NCBI GenBank assembly: GCA_032718475.1
Contig: JAUCBJ010006459.1
Coordinates: 1-64,000 of the forward strand
Length of the DNA stretch: 64,000 bases
Source: Nemertoderma westbladi
Taxonomy: Eukaryota > Animalia > Xenacoelomorpha
Direction of reading: 5' to 3'
A program made the translations under genes and the position numbers. The notes under the pieces are model-generated. The model had not been told where the DNA came from and ran no database searches. It saw only the letters and a program-made list of their open reading frames with translations. This document shows, one piece after another, positions 47,700 through 62,889 of this stretch (positions are counted from its first letter, which is position 1; the number at the start of each line of letters is the position of its first letter).

Positions 47700-49331
47700 T
47701 TAATCATACAACTGTAAGATGTCAATTACATATTTAAATTTAATGGCGGTTTTCCATATCCTCCAAAATAAATTACTTCTCATTATCCGCTATACTAAAG
47801 GCTAAAAACAAACTGCGGCATTCTGATTCACATTCAAATGTTTACGTATCACCTGATTTGACCCGACTTCAGTCTGAACAGGCATTCCTTCGACGTAAAT
47901 CAAATCGCGATTCGAACAATGTTGGGCGAAGTTCAGGAGGCGAAACATCAAACCCGATTGCCACCCCCACTGAAAGTTCGGACTCGGAAAACCACTAAAG
48001 GGAGAAAATTCCCGTAATTCAAACCCGCTTGTACAGTGTTGTACTTTTAATGCTCAGTCATTGGGTAACAAACTATTGGATCTTGAACTGTTTTTATCCG
48101 ATTCAAGATGTGACTTAATCGGTATTACCGAATCGTGGTTAACTGATGATATTACCGACGAGATGTTAAGTGGCGATGGGAAATTTAATGTGTATAGAAA
48201 TGACCGTACTACTAGAGGTGGCGGTGTGGTCTTACTTGTTAAAAAAGAAATAATTGCTATAAAGGTTCCCCTAAATAACATGAAGTATGGTAGCGATATT
48301 GAAGTTGTTGCAGTAGATTTACTAAGTAACACTCCATCTCGTGTAATATGTGCATATAGATCGCCATCTTCTAGTATAGATACTGATACCCGTTTTTGTA
48401 AATATTTATCAGATTTATGTGAGGTACAGTACCCAGTCGCACTCTGTGGTGATTTTAATCTCAGACTATTTGACTGGCAAACAAATTCACACCCAGACAG
48501 TCCATTGTATAATCTATTTGCAAACTTTATCCTGGATAATGGTTTAACTCAATTACAGTACAACCCCACACGATTGAGTAGTGTTCTTGATTTGGTGTTT
48601 ACGTCAGATGAGTTATTTATTTCTAATGTTCATGTTTCTGCTGGTTTAGGTACGAGTGATCACGATGGATCAGTATTTTTTAGCATTTTCACCCCGCAAC
48701 CGGAAACTTATGATGACCGCGATTTTTATTATGATTTTAAAAATGCAGATTATGTAAACTTTTCTAGATTTGTTGATAATAATAATTGGGTATCCGAGTA
48801 TGAATCATGTATATCTGTTAATGACTACTGGACAACATTTAGTAATATTTTAAAATCTGGTATAGAACGTTTTGTTCCTCGAATTTTACTGCGAAAGTCA
48901 AATAAGAGATCATATCCGGCTTACGTACGAACTCTTCAAAAAAGAAAAAAAATAGCGTGGCGGCGAAGACACACTGTAGATGGCCAGGCCGAATACAAAA
49001 GGTGTGCCAAAGCAGCTTCAAAGGCGGTTTACCGTGCCGCATGTATTCGTGAAAATAAGATACTAAGTTCTGGTAAGTCGGATGCAATTTTCTCTTACGT
49101 AAATTCAAAGCGTAACAATCGAGCTGGTATTTCCGCTTTTAAGTACAATGGTAGTATTATTGTTGACGATTGCGCGAGAGCTAATATACTTGCAAGTGTG
49201 TTTACAGAAAATTTCACCACTGATGATAATGTTTTGCCAAATTTTACCAATAAAGTATCTTCTAGTGTGCATATATCGAATATAGACTTTTCACCTGTTA
49301 ATGTTTTTTCAGTTCTTCGTAAATTAGAGCC
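47700..49331 (+). mobile_element. CR1/L2-group LINE fragment: end of ORF1 and APE endonuclease part of ORF2, interrupted by A'
   Basis: ORF1 tail ILKAKNKLR...VYVSPDLT. ORF2 has FNAQSL, IGITESWL, YRNDR..RGGGV, YRSP, GDFN, PTR..SVLDLVF and SDHD. It breaks at LRKLE, just before the RT. Confidence 0.88.
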
Positions 49332-51231
49332 TATTGGAAGAGACAGTAACAATACCTGCAATATCCTACTGTAAAGTTTGTGAATCAAATCATAAATCCG
49401 ACCTTCTCACCAAAACAGTAAACTCTAAGTAAGCGAATATATTGCAGTATCGATCTCTTATAACCGGTGAGGCAGAAAACAGTCTACGAGCAGACAAACT
49501 TCGATAAAACAAAATCCCGCGCAGCGAATCCTAAAATCAGGCTGACTCACTGACGGACTAAGGGGCTCGTATACCTTGCCGCGGTGTGATTTATATGGTT
49601 GGGCGAAGAGACGCTAGCTAGGTACAGAGGCAGATATTTGGAGATGTCTAACTAGCGGGCAAAGCACAGTACGGACAAAGTTAATTTTATATATTTCGAG
49701 GTGTAAATAATTTCTAACGCGCGTGTGTTAATTCTGAACGGTCAAACAGTTTTGCTCCTTCACATATATAATTACTGGGTACGGTGTGCATTTTACGAAT
49801 ATTCTAATTTTATAACTTGTAGGTCCAATACTCACGAATGATAAGGTTCCTTCCCCTCTTGCGTATTTCCAGGACTCAAATTCAGGCATAAGGTTAATGC
49901 TACGCCCAGAATTCGGCAATTTTAGGTACCAGGTCCCTGATACTAAGAAGAGATGTGTTAGTTTACTACTGTAGGCGTACAGTTACTAATAGCTATCCTG
50001 GCTCCTATCTAGAATTTTAGTCACCCAGGTAGTCCGGGTAACTTCCTATTAGGGCGTTGGCGGGGACACGGTAGATGTTAGTATATCCCTGATAGCCTCA
50101 ATTTATTTGCGCCTAGTATGTAAACTGCCCTACCGCCCGAACGGTACAATCCTAATTCAGGTGAAAACACAATAACCCTCCTAGCCTACAAGTTCTGATG
50201 TAATGGACACCGTTGTACGGCAAATAGTCACAGACGCACCTGTACTTAGCAAGAGTTAAGCGTACAGTTTGCTGCACCCTAACCAATTTGTATGCTTCGT
50301 ACCGGTGTGCCTACGTCCTATCTGCATACTAGTATCTGCCTGCGCTCTCCCTCCCCCGTAGGAATGTGAAGGTCTACTGTAGGTTTTCCTGAATCAAGAC
50401 AGTACAGTCCCTATGATGTAATTTTGGGCTTACAGCGTGTCACTACGTCTACCTTTTGATCTTTTGGTCTTACACTTAGGTAGCAAGGATCGAACGCTGT
50501 CTAACCTTTCAGGCGATGGGCGAATAACTCTAAAATGGTATTGCGGGTTGTCTCTCGTCTACATTCCCGTGATGTTCCCGTTCATTGCTGCGGCCCGATC
50601 TCTAGCCGGCCATCCTGTCCCTGAGTTTGTTCACCGTAGTGAATCCATAGTAAAACAGATAGAAAAGCTGAGAGAATATTCTGACTTTATTACAGAAGAT
50701 ACAATTATAATACAATGCAATCTGAGAATAAACTAAGCACGACAGAATATTGATAAGATAATCTGTGAAGTAGAGATGTAAGTGAAGAAGTGAACTAATG
50801 AACGAAATCGCACCTTTATATACTAAATTTGTGCCGCAATCAATCGAGAAAATTCTCGATTGTTCTATAGATTCTAACAAGGTTTTAAAGATAGCTATTG
50901 GTCCAGCTAATATATAACTTGCACGACATTGGTTACAATCAAATAACTACAGCCTCATTGGTACAGACAAATGCAATTAATTTGTAGCGGTTAATTTAAA
51001 TGAGTTGAAATTCTGCACAAAAAATAATTCGCACTTACTAGGATTCGAACTCGATACCTACTACACATATAATTTCCAACGCTCTACCAACTGAGCTACT
51101 GAACCACTTGACCGATAGATGTACAAATGATAGAACCAATACGAATGAGAACTCAAAGCAATCTTTACAAAGTTAATTCGAATAAAATAAAATTTTGAAA
51201 ATCCACGGCATTTAGGGAATATAATTCTATA
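49332..51231 (-). repeat. 3' LTR of A' (about 1900 bp, TATAG...CAATA); tRNA-like cassette at 51105-51019
   Basis: Reverse-complement match to the A LTRs, ending about 27 nt earlier than they do. Confidence 0.92.
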
Positions 51232-52103
51232 CCGCTCCATGAAAACAGGATATTATCGTGCATAAAATATACGGTTTTCACCAATAATCAATCAAACTAT
51301 AGAATACTTAGGGCGTACTTACATATTTACAATTAAATTTCAAACAATACTTCCTTTCTACGTAATGATTCGATACAAAAATAATTACAAATTCAAACTT
51401 TACGTATTTAAGGCTTTACTAAGTAAGTACAATATAAATCTAAATTAAATTCACCAATATAAATCTATTGCATCTCAATATTGCATAAATTCAAACAATT
51501 ACAAATACAAATAAATGAAAACAATAAGAAAGGCTCGCGAGTCTTCCATCTACTATTGCATCTCAAATATTGCATAAATTCAAGTAATTACAAATACTTT
51601 CGTACCTAAATGTAGATTGCATAAGTTTGGAATAATTACAAATATGAGTCTTTCTGAGCACAAAATTTTCTATCTATAAAACTTTCTAAATACAAAATAT
51701 AACACTTTACAAATGAAACTATAAGAAAGGCCCACGAGTCTTCCATCTACTCTTACTTTCTATTTCACTGTAAATACAAATACTGCTTATAAGATATAAA
51801 TTGCATAATATTCGGAACAATATAAATTGCATAAGTTCAGAATAATATAAATTGCATAAGTTTTGAATAATTACAAATATAAAATATAAATTCTTACTAA
51901 ATATAAGTCGTACTAAATACAGATATAAGCTGCTTTCTAAATTTCATAAATTCGGAACAATACAAATTGCATAAGTTCGGAATAAGCACAAATATAAAAT
52001 ATAAGTTTTACTAAATTTTCTAAACATAAAACATATAATTCAAAATAAATCACAAAATCATAAGAAAGGCCCACGAGTCTTCCGTCCACCCTTGCCCTCC
52101 CCT

Positions 52104-55100
52104 TTATCGCTTAGTGGATCGAGCCCTGCCGCGTCCTCGAAAACTGCGCACAGGTGACTTTGCTCGCGATATGGGACTTGTGGGGCGAGTCACTGGTTTA
52201 CTTGGGACGTTGAGAGACGGTGCGACTATTTCCTCGCAAATTCGTCTATTTGGCATCCCAAAACCTCGACCGATTCCTCGTGACCAATCAGTCGTCACTA
52301 CAGTTGGTAGAACGTCTGGGAACGCGCGAAAGGCGGACGACGCAGACCCAAGAGTAGCTTGCGCCCCCTGTTGATCAGCTGGTGTATGTCCCGACCCTCC
52401 TACTGGTTCTCTTGGAAGTGATACCGTATCCCGAGTAACTCGAATAGTCGGCTCAACTCCTTTGCGTTCTTCTACATTAATAATTTTCTTTAATTGTTGG
52501 CCCACCTTTTGGACCCGTATGATCCTACCCTGCCCGTCCTCCCGAGGGTGACGTGCAGACGGCGCAACCGGAGTGGCTGGTATATTCGTCGCCTCTAGGA
52601 CCTCCTCTTCCTCGAATACGCTCGCTCGTATACGTTTATGGTAAAACGCGGCTCGGTACGCCCATGCGACGGTTAACCAAGCTCCCTTGTTCCGCTTTTC
52701 AGTTCGGAAACGATCGAATTCACCATACGTAATCCGATTAACGACTTTCTGAAAATTCCACGTGTTTTTGTTATCCGGGTGAATTTGTAACAGATACTCG
52801 CGCACCACTCGGAATCCGCTGTCGTGGGGCAAAATATCGACAACCTCGATAAGTTCGTCATATTGGGGCATAGCGGAGATATATCCTTCCGACATCATCG
52901 TCTGGGGATTTACCGCCCAAAATCCGAGATGCGCTCTCATCAGAAACCGTCTTCTCTGTGCCGATACATGTTCGTCGGCCAAATCTTCCCACTCATCAAA
53001 TAACTTCCTTACGAGTTTTACAGATTCGTGTTCATAAGGTATGTCCCTTAGTTGGCATTCAGATGCTCGATGTCCCTTTATATTGCAGTAAGTACATTGA
53101 GCCATAAATCTCCAGCAAGTATAAAAGGTATGAGACCCTTGATCCCCACACCATCCACAGATTAGCTGAGTCGTAGTAATGTGCTTTCCACTGCACTTTG
53201 ACATATGATGTCCAGCGACGCCACATTTACTACACATCGTATTGGCAGGGTACCACACTCGTTCGTATATAAGATCTCCAATCGGTCGAGCGCTTCCTCC
53301 CATACTATAATCGTAATCATCTGGGTCTATGGGTTGGTAGGTTTCTGAAGGTTGTATACAAACTATAGCATCTGTTGCTTCAAGTTGTCGAATCTCCGTC
53401 TGAGATTTCTTCGGGAGGTTCCTTTCTATCTCAAGAAGTTCCTCTAAAGGATCGTCGGCGATCGTAGTAGTTACTTCGAATTCATCACCAAGGTGACCGA
53501 TAGGCGCGCGCGTCTGCCGTGATTCATCCGTAATTTCCACGATACGTTCTCCTTCATAGGGTAACAATGTAAACATAGATGGTCTTTCGATAAGAGATCC
53601 CGCACAGCGAAGATACACGTCTCGAAATATGCTAAATCCTGCTCGAGTAAAGGCATTACACTGAGCGTCGGAGTTGTAGAAGGGTTCAAGGAATCGTCTA
53701 AACACGTCGGTACGAATTCTCCCTTCCATGTAGAACGTATGATCTTCTCCGAGACAAAGTGGATGTCTTTTGAGAGTGCGAGACACAATGTCGGCGATTA
53801 GGCAAACATTCACTGACGACTCTATCGCTAAATAATATTGTAAGACCGCTCTTGGAGGTGACGTAATAGCCCAATACAATACACGCATCCTCTCCATTTA
53901 AGCTGTGATTCAAACTCACTCATATCTGGAGTATCACCTTCTCCATAAGTTTCAATATACTTGTTTCTCTTATTTTCCTTATAATCCCAATTGAATAACA
54001 GGTAGGAAATGTATCCAGTTCCAGTCTTCTGAGTATTATACTCACGAAAATATCCCTGTTCTATAGACCACAGAATAAGAGGTCGAGTGTCGACGTATGG
54101 TGTCGGTAGTCGGTCATCGCTGTCCGTCATGCCGGCGAAGTCGCTAATTAAATCCTCCCTTACTCCTGATCCAACCTTTACAACAGTTTTATCTAAAATC
54201 ATGTTTCTTACCATCTTCGGTAGCATTCTAGCGTCAATATTACAAGCTTGGTCCATCTTCTTTACTATATCGGTGATAAGATGGTGTCGCTTTGTATTCG
54301 CTGGAGGTATCGGCATTCGTTTGTCGCTCCTCTGTCTACTGAAAACGTGCAGGACTCCGTCCGCCGCTCTAATTTGTATAGTCTTAGAAGTCAAACTCTG
54401 CTGATGACTGCCGCCCTCGTTATCGTAAAACATATAACCGTTTTCCTGAAACGATCTAAACGTCCTAGTCCATTCATCCAACAATTCTTCCGAAGGTTGC
54501 CAAATCTTCTCTATATCCTTATCCTCATCGAAACGAATAACCTTACCTCGCCAATCTGCGGCAATATCTGTATCCGACTCGAAGGTTCCGGTTCCAATCC
54601 ATAAACGAATCGTCTTGGTTAGATATCCTTTCAGATTACTCAGAGCTATGTCGGCACCAGCTCTATCCAGTTCCTTGAAATCTTGAATATGAGGTGGAAC
54701 GTTGTGCACGACCTTTTGAGTAATATGTCTACGTAAATCATATATCTTACTCATATCGCTGAAAACAACTGCAGGAAGAAACTCCAAGTTTGAAATGATT
54801 TCTGGATGATCCACGATGGGTATTTCGTACGTCGTATCCTGTCGGACTGGTATACTAATAGGGAAATTGAGTGTCGTACTCAATGGTTTCGTAGTTGAAG
54901 TACTATACGGTTGCATTTCTCTTGGCCTCTCCGGGGATGCAATCTGTAATCTCTGAATAACGTTTTGAGCAAAGTTTATGCTCTCGAAAACTTCCGGTGT
55001 CATCTCCTTAGCTGAAGTTTGATCGTGTGACGTCCAATGGCAAGGTAGGCTCGCGAGTCTTCCACCCCATTCTTCCATCTCACCTTTCTCGAAAGCCTTG

Positions 55101-55834
55101 TAGGCTCTGTATAGGCTAAGAGCTTCTTTCTTTTCGCGGGTTGACTGATTCGCCTCGTCCAGCGTAAGTTCAAATACATCGGGTTCAACAACCTTAGGTG
55201 GGTAAATGACAGTTTCTCCCGCCTTTGGTCCGGTCATAGCAAATGAATAATATGGATTCGATAAAGGATACCCTCCTTCCTGGTAGCGTAGTTGTTGATG
55301 ATTCGAACACCTCGCCAATATCGGTTCGGGATTTTCCTTATTCAAACGCATCGGAATCGCATTTCGTTGTTCGCGCATACAAGAACCGCATTGATAATAA
55401 AGTTTATAAACCGAAAATGCTTCCTTGGTTTCTCTATCGTCCCCTCGAGTTCGTCTGTAAAGATGCATTCCATCGAATTCATCGCGTACCGCGGGCATAG
55501 GTTCGTGCGCCTTTAGGTATTGCATGGTATGATACAAACGACTAATTTCAGTATCGGGGTCTTCGCTAATGTCTCCCGTATCACACAAAGCATCGTACGG
55601 GTAAAGTTCGTTGAAGGTTTGGCGCAAACTTTCGATTCTTTCGTTTAATGCGTTTTGCCTTCTCTTTAATACGTTCGAGTCATATTTAGTTCTCGCGAGT
55701 TTCGCTGTACTTTCCGATAATTCTTTTATACCGAATATAGTATAATCCTTGGCTCCAAATCTTTAGAATGGCGCTGCTGCCTCCTCTTGGATATCATATC
55801 CCCATCTCGGCTCTCCTTGTATCCCTTTCTCCAT
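52104..55834 (-). pseudogene. ORF2 (exonuclease-knuckle) of A', disrupted
   Basis: Near-identical to 30701-34426, with a GAA>TAA change near 55764 and a 5-bp duplication frameshift near 53880. Confidence 0.92.
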
Positions 55835-56499
55835 AATTAGGGTGTAGTTACATAATCATTACTACTAGAGGGAATACAACAGAGTTTGTAGTTAGTTGTG
55901 AGGAGACGTGAGAGTTTCGTCTGCCCTTTGGGCTCGACAACGCTCTAACCTCCTACCCATAGCCTAAGATCTAGGGTTTCTTTAATGACACGCTGCTTCT
56001 TATCTAAAAATTTTTTTTTGCCGAAATAAAAACGAATTTTGGGCTAAACTGGCTGTGAGTCTAAAATACTCACTTTTTGATCCCAAACTATTATCAGAAA
56101 ATAAGCAGTCAAGAATTAGTAATAAATATAGGGGAGTCTATTTTGACGTAACTTATTGAAACAAGACCGTGTAAAATTTAATTAAAAATTTTTAAGAAAG
56201 GCTCGCAAGTCTTCCTCTCTTGTTTCTCTAATTTTAAGTTCCACCCGACTGTACCCTGAAATCTATTCACTGGAGAAAATTTTAAAATTTTTTCAAATCC
56301 AAATGGATTGTCTAAAATTTCGAAAATGTCTCAATATTGTGAGTTCCAAGTAGAATTCCATTTCTTAAACCTACAAATCCCGCTCCTATGTGACACATAA
56401 GGGTACTACCCTCAATGTTCACATATAAAGACAATGGAATTCTACCGCTGTCCTTACTACGGTGTACAGGTACGTGGAAATCTATTTGTAAACTCCTAA

Positions 56500-59400
56500 T
56501 TATTTACTAGTATTAGGTGGAGATTTGTAGTCTCCAGACTCGTTACGAGTCTCTTCAAGAAGTACGAGACGTTGAGTCGGTCTGTCTACTGTACGACCGT
56601 CAATTGTCCGTACTGTCACAGTCCTTGTCACTCCATCCATAGATGGATGTGTGGCTAAAATTACACCTGTTATCCAGAAGCGTCTTTTTAGATTCACTTC
56701 TGCCAACAGCACGTGATCTCCCGGCTTTAATGCGCGGGTGTTATTATACCAAGTTGTTCTGGCAGAAATAGAGGGCAAATAATGGTTTTGCCATATTTCC
56801 CAGAATTTGTTAGCCAGTAGTTGCGTGATTTTCCACGCTTTTCTACCGTAGCTGTCGCTTTCTATTGGAATAGAAATCGGCGTCAAAGTGGTCGGTGCCT
56901 GCATTAGCAGGTGTGCTGGTGTTAAAGCGAACTGAGATTGTTTGTCATCGGGTACTAATACTATTGGTCTAGTATTTAGTATTGCCTCGATTTCAACAAA
57001 CAATGTTGTCAGTTGGTCGTCTGTTAATATGTGGTTTACTGGAATGACCTTTGCCATGGCTGTCTTTATAGATCTAATCAATCTCTCCCAGACTCCGCCT
57101 CTCCAAGGACTATCTGGAGGATTAAACTTCCAAACAATCTTGTGAGGTTGTAGTTCGTTCGAGATTTGATCATGATCTAATTTCTTAAAGGCTCTAGCAA
57201 TCTCATTCCGAGCACCAACAAAGTTTGTCCCTTGGTCTGAGTACAAGCATTTCACTAGTCCGCGTCTAGCGATAAATCGCCGCAGTGCTAGTATAAACGC
57301 GTTGGTGGAAAGATCCATCACACGTTCAATGTGAACTGCCCTACTGGACATACATGTGAAAATCAGTCCCCAACGTTTTACTAGTATACGTCCACGTTTC
57401 GTATGTATGGGACCAAAGCAATCAATTCCAGTCTCTGTAAAAGGTGGTCTGAATGCTTGAAGTCGTGCTTGTGGTAGTTCACTCATTTCTTGGGTACCTA
57501 TTCTAGAATGTACCTTTTTACAAATAATACACGTACGTGTCACTGAACTTAACGCTTTACTGGGTCTAATCAATACAAATCTTGTACGTAAGTAGGAAAG
57601 ACAGTGGTGTCTTCCAGCGTGTTTCAGATGTAGATGTGCGTCCAGTATCATTGCACGTTGTAGTTCGTGGTGTTGCGGTATTATTATTGGGTACCTAAAG
57701 TTTGTGTTAAAGTCAATGTTTTGAAGCCGAGATTTATGACAAATTAAGCCATTATAAATTATCGGACTCCAACTCAGTATTGGTGACGACTTGATTGGTT
57801 GACCTTGATTTATAGATGTGAATTCGCGCGCGAAATATCGCAGTTGATAATGGCGAATTAATTTAATCTCACATCTGTCAATCTCAGTCAATGTAAGTCG
57901 ACGCGTAAAGTCGCGTTTGCCTTTAACATATTGTACAAAACGTACAATCCACGCTAATTTTCGGCAAGCGCTTGTCCAAGAATCTGTTAAGTTTACAATA
58001 CGGTCGACATGAGTATTTGTGACGTCATCAGGTAAGTCAATGGAGATTTTGGAAGGTTTTGAATTACTAGAAGGGCCCACGGGTCCGCCGGTAGGTATTC
58101 CCTTGTTGACTGTTGATCCGTCGGGGTCTACAAGTAATTTGTCCTTCTTCGTCTTCTTACCTTGATCGTCAGTACTTTGTAAGTCGATCGTTAATGGTGG
58201 TTTGAACTCTATGGGGTCAGCAGGTTTCGGTAAACTTATTTTCCTGCCGACATTAATCCCAGGTCTCACCATAGGTTGCAAGTTCGGTATGTCTCTTGAG
58301 CGCAAAGTAACACCTGTATTTACATTAGCGTAGGTACTACCCACATCTGTAATACATGAGGTTTCACCGTGCTTATGGTTGCTCAAGTGTGTCGAATTTG
58401 GTAGTTTGTCAATACAAGGCCGCTCCAATAGGGAAACTGCGGCTTTATTGTTAGTCGATACATTACTAATGTCCGGTAGAACATTTTGTGATGTTTCTGA
58501 CAAAATGTCTAGTCGACTGTCTAGTAATGTGTCTGGCGATACGTCTGGTAACGTATCTGGTTGTTTGTCAATAGAAGGCCGCTCCAATAGGGAAACTGCG
58601 GCTTTACTGTTTGTCAGTGTGTTACTAGCGTCTGGTGGAACATTTTGTGATATGTCTGGCAAAATGTCTGGTTGGCTGTCTAGTAACATGTCTGGTTGAC
58701 CGTCTGGTAACGTGTCTGGTTGACCGTCTGGCGATATGTCTGGTGTAGAAAGGCTCGCAAGTCTTCCTCTCTTGACCTTTGAAGTTATATCTTTCCATTT
58801 TGCCTTCGGTTTCTTCTTGAGTTTTGCCGCCGTTGTCTTTTTCTTTGTCTTCCCCTTTTTTGGTTTCTTGATTTCGGCGTCCTTTGGGATAGTGTTGGAT
58901 TTGTTGTCGTATAACGGAGGCCAATCTTGTGTCGATTTCTGCAAGAATTGGGGTCCGTGTTGCCAAAATTCTTTGTTCTCCGGTTTACAGAATTCCTCAG
59001 GCATCATTCCTCGCGACGCAATATCAGCTGGGTTTTGTGGTCCGGGACAATGTCGCCAATCCTCTTTTATTGAACGGTCTAGAATTTCCGCGCGACGGTT
59101 AGCTACGAATGTCTTGAATTCGAGTGTGTCGTTGTTTATGTAAAATAAAACCAACGTCGCGTCAGTCCAATAAAATATCTGTAAACTCGACTGTAGTTCT
59201 GTCTGTATGAGGTTCACGATGGTGGTTGGCAGGGTTGCGGCTTGTAGCTCGGCTCGTGGTGTCGTCATATACTTAGTAGGCATGGTCTTAGCCTTAGAAG
59301 TAATGAGCGAAACATCGAACTCGTCTGATTCTACTTGTCTGCGCAAGTACGCTGCCACACCAAAACCGTTGTCACTGGCGTCAGAAAAACAGTGTAGTTC

Positions 59401-62400
59401 CAAGTTGTCAGGAAATGTACTTTGTAATGGAAAGTAAACCCTGGGTATGGAATAATCCTCTAGCGAAGATAATTCCGCCTCCCAGGTCTTCCATAAGTCC
59501 ACTTGGTCTGATGAGATCGGCTCGTCCCATGTTAGTCCATCCTTCCATATACTGCGCATATAAATGCGGGCTTGCAGTATCACTGGACTGATGAATCCTA
59601 ACGGATCGAACAATCGGCTCAACTTTGACAAGCATGATCTCTTTGTCAGTGTGTTCTCTTGACTGTCCAGTCTCACTTTCACTCGGAAGTTGTCTGTGTT
59701 TGGGTCCCAAAAGAGCCCCAACACCTTAGTCGTCGGTAGTGGTTCGAACTCTAGGTCTATGTCACCACCTCCACGCTCAGTCGTCCCGAATGAGTCTACT
59801 AATTCGGCACTGTTTGAGGCGAATTTGGTGAGGTTAAAACCTCCGCCCGCTAAGCAGTCCCGTAATTGATGTGCTACTGTTGTAGCACGTTCTACTGTGT
59901 CGCAACTCTGTAAACCGTCATCTACATAAAAGTCACGCTCCACAATCCTAATTATCTCTGGGTCATACAGGTGTTTCTGATCCCTAGCGGCCTGCTTTAG
60001 GGCGTACATCGTGCAATTTGGGCTGTCTCTGGCACCGAAAACGCGAACTTGCATTTGGTAAGTCGCCGGTGGTAAACTTAAGTCTCCTTCCGGGTACCAG
60101 AGGAACCGCAAACTGTCTCTGTCTCGCTCTAACGCTCTCACTTGGTGAAACATCGCTTCAACGTCACAAGTAAAAGCTACTTGACGCTGACGGAAGCGCA
60201 TAATCACCCCCATAAGATAATTATTCATGTTTGGTCCATCCATCAACTCACTATTGAGGGACATTCCCTCAAACAGAGCCGCGCAGTCGTTGACTACGCG
60301 TACTTTATCTGGTTTGTCGGGATGTCTCACATAGTGATGTGGCAAGTAATAGGTTTGGTCAGTCACTATCTCCGGGTTAGTCATTCGGATAGCGTATCCC
60401 TTAGTCAAATACGTCTCCATCTGAGTGTTGTACTGCAGATGGGCCTTCTCGTCCTTTAATAGACGTTGCCGTATTGAGTGTAGACGTCTTAAAGCCAGTG
60501 GATAGTTGTTTATAAGTTTAGGACTTTGGCTACGCCATAACATCCCTACCTCATAATGTCCGTCTTTCGTCTGGTGGATAGTATCTTCCATGATCTTCAG
60601 AGATTGTTTCTCCTGTTCCGACATACAAGGTTCGTAGCTACCAGGTTCAGGTGTATCTTGTTCTAACCACCTGATAGTCTTCTCCGTTAATTCCTTGTCT
60701 AGCACAGCTTGTTCCAACTGATGATTTCTCAACGCGTCATCATCGATCTCGACGGGCACTGTTGAGGTTATTGGGGTAGGTAGACTCGCAAGCCTATCAT
60801 CTGTCGTCGATGGAATCTCTAGCTGACTCGTCTTCTCCCCAAGTTCTAAACTCACCTGGTGAATTAGCTGCTCCTTGTGACTTATCATACTAGTTACACG
60901 TCTGTTATGTTTTGTCGACTGTAGTGTAGTATGGTTCACGTCGTGTGAGAAGGAATGAATTGAATTTGTAGTTAATAAACTACATGTACTCTGTACATCG
61001 TCTTCCTCGTCACTTACGTCTAGTGTGCGCACAGGCGCTCGAGTTTACCACCCTATCGGCGTTCTGCAGGCGTATGCGTTTCCCGCTACAACTGCCGATG
61101 GTCTGGTTTCCCACACCTGATGTAGGTTGAATTGGTCCGTCCCGATCAGCATTGCTACCGATCTATAATTGACAGGACATTCGGGTACACCAAGGTGTCT
61201 GAAATACTTACGGTCCTCTAGAGATTGTTCCGGCACTGGACCTAGTAGGTTACTAAAGTCCTTCGTGGCCGCAAAGGTTAGATCTCTAAAAGGTAACAAA
61301 GACCTCTCCCTCTCGCTGTGCTGCGATTTTGGAAGAAGAGAGTCTAAGTCCAACTTAACTCGTGTCACTGGTATTGCACGCTGTCCGTGCATACTACTTA
61401 CTGTATAACTGACGTGCTTACCTTGCTTAAGATCCGTCACTACGTCAGCTATCTTTTCATCCACGTAGCTATGAGATGAGGCTGAATCTAGAATCGCGTA
61501 GATCCTCTTACTCCCCTTTGTGCCAGTGATCTTAATCGGGATTACACTGAATCCCTTCAGTTGGTCAGTGGTCAGAAGCGCGATCGACGGTTGTTCGTCT
61601 CCATTAGAATATTCGTCGTCGTCTTCTGATTCTTCGTCCGACGATCCGGATTGTTCTGAGAAGCAATCCTCAATATGGGTCACGAAGGTTGGAGTCGTTT
61701 TCGATTCTCGTTTTCGGTAAGCCGCATCACATCTCGCTGCTGCTTCCGGGTGTTCCCTGGCGAAGCGTTTCGTCGGCGTGTGGCTGTCTGTGTGGAGCAG
61801 ACCGTCGTGGTTGCGTCCACAGGATGGACAAGTGTCGGTATTTGGGCAATCTTTACGGACGTGTCCGTGTCGCGTACACCGCCAACAAGAGTCCAGTGGC
61901 CGTATTTGCAGCCGTCGTTCTTCCGAGTTCAACTCGCGAAATTGTCGACAACCTCGTAACTTGTGACCGATATACCGCTTACCTAGATGCTCGCAGTATT
62001 GGCAGCCACTGAAGTCGGTACCAAGTTGCTGTCTCGTTTGTTTTGTCCCAATGGGCGCAGATACCCTACCTCCGTCCGAGAATTGTCATGATTCCGTCGG
62101 TGTGGTGTAAGTGGCCGTCTTAGTGGATGTTGTCTGGGGTTTTTGTCGGTTGGAAGATGGCAATGTGATTCCTTCTGCCACGATGTGCTGGTCGGTGTAG
62201 TTAGATCTAGTTTCTACTACTGCCTCCCTGGATATTAAAAGGTACACATCTTCTAATTTTAAGAATCCTCCCCGCTCCTCTCGCTGGTATTCGACCTTCC
62301 TCCACTCCCGACGAAGTCGATGGTGGAGTCGTCCTATGATTTTTAATAGGACTGTAGGAGTATTCCCGTAATCAAGTTGTCCAATTGATCTTAAGGTAGT

Positions 62401-62889
62401 GATAGCGTTCTTGATCTCGTCAGCTAGTTTTAGTAAGTCGACGGGTTTAGTGATAGCCCCTCCCTTACAGAGTTCCTCTATTACTGACCTGGCCATGCTC
62501 ACTGTACCTCCGTATATCGAAGTTAAACGATCGTACGCTAGTTCGAAAGCGTCTGGTACACCGACGAAAGTCTCCGCCAAACGTTTAGGTTCTCCTGACA
62601 ACGTTTGGAGCAGGTAATTGAACTTCTCCCGTGATGTGAAGGCGCACACGGCGATCTGGGATTCGATATAGTCTACGAAAGTATGCCAGTGTTTTGAGCT
62701 ACCGGAAAACTTCGGTGGTTGTTGTACCGGCAATCCTTGTCTGGCTGCGAATTTCGCTATCTCCTCGGCAACGTTCAGAGTTTCGCGTCCTTGGTTGGTA
62801 ACCAGGTTGATATTCTCCCTTCTTGGCGCTTTTCCCTGATACGATGTGGGGTTTGAAGGTACCGGTCTTTGTGGTTCCTTCGGGTGTCT
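56500..62889 (-). pseudogene. gag-pol of A'; RT-RH-IN portion (61032-56500) open, stops at 62086 and 61045
   Basis: Near-identical protein to A with an intact integrase; CGA>TGA and TAT>TAA changes lie upstream. Confidence 0.93.

Larger units (their letters stand above)
49332..62889 (-). mobile_element. Second A-family BEL/Pao copy (A'), cut within gag by a DNA transposon
   Basis: Reverse complement of A from about 23702 to the 3' LTR, at high identity. Confidence 0.96.
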
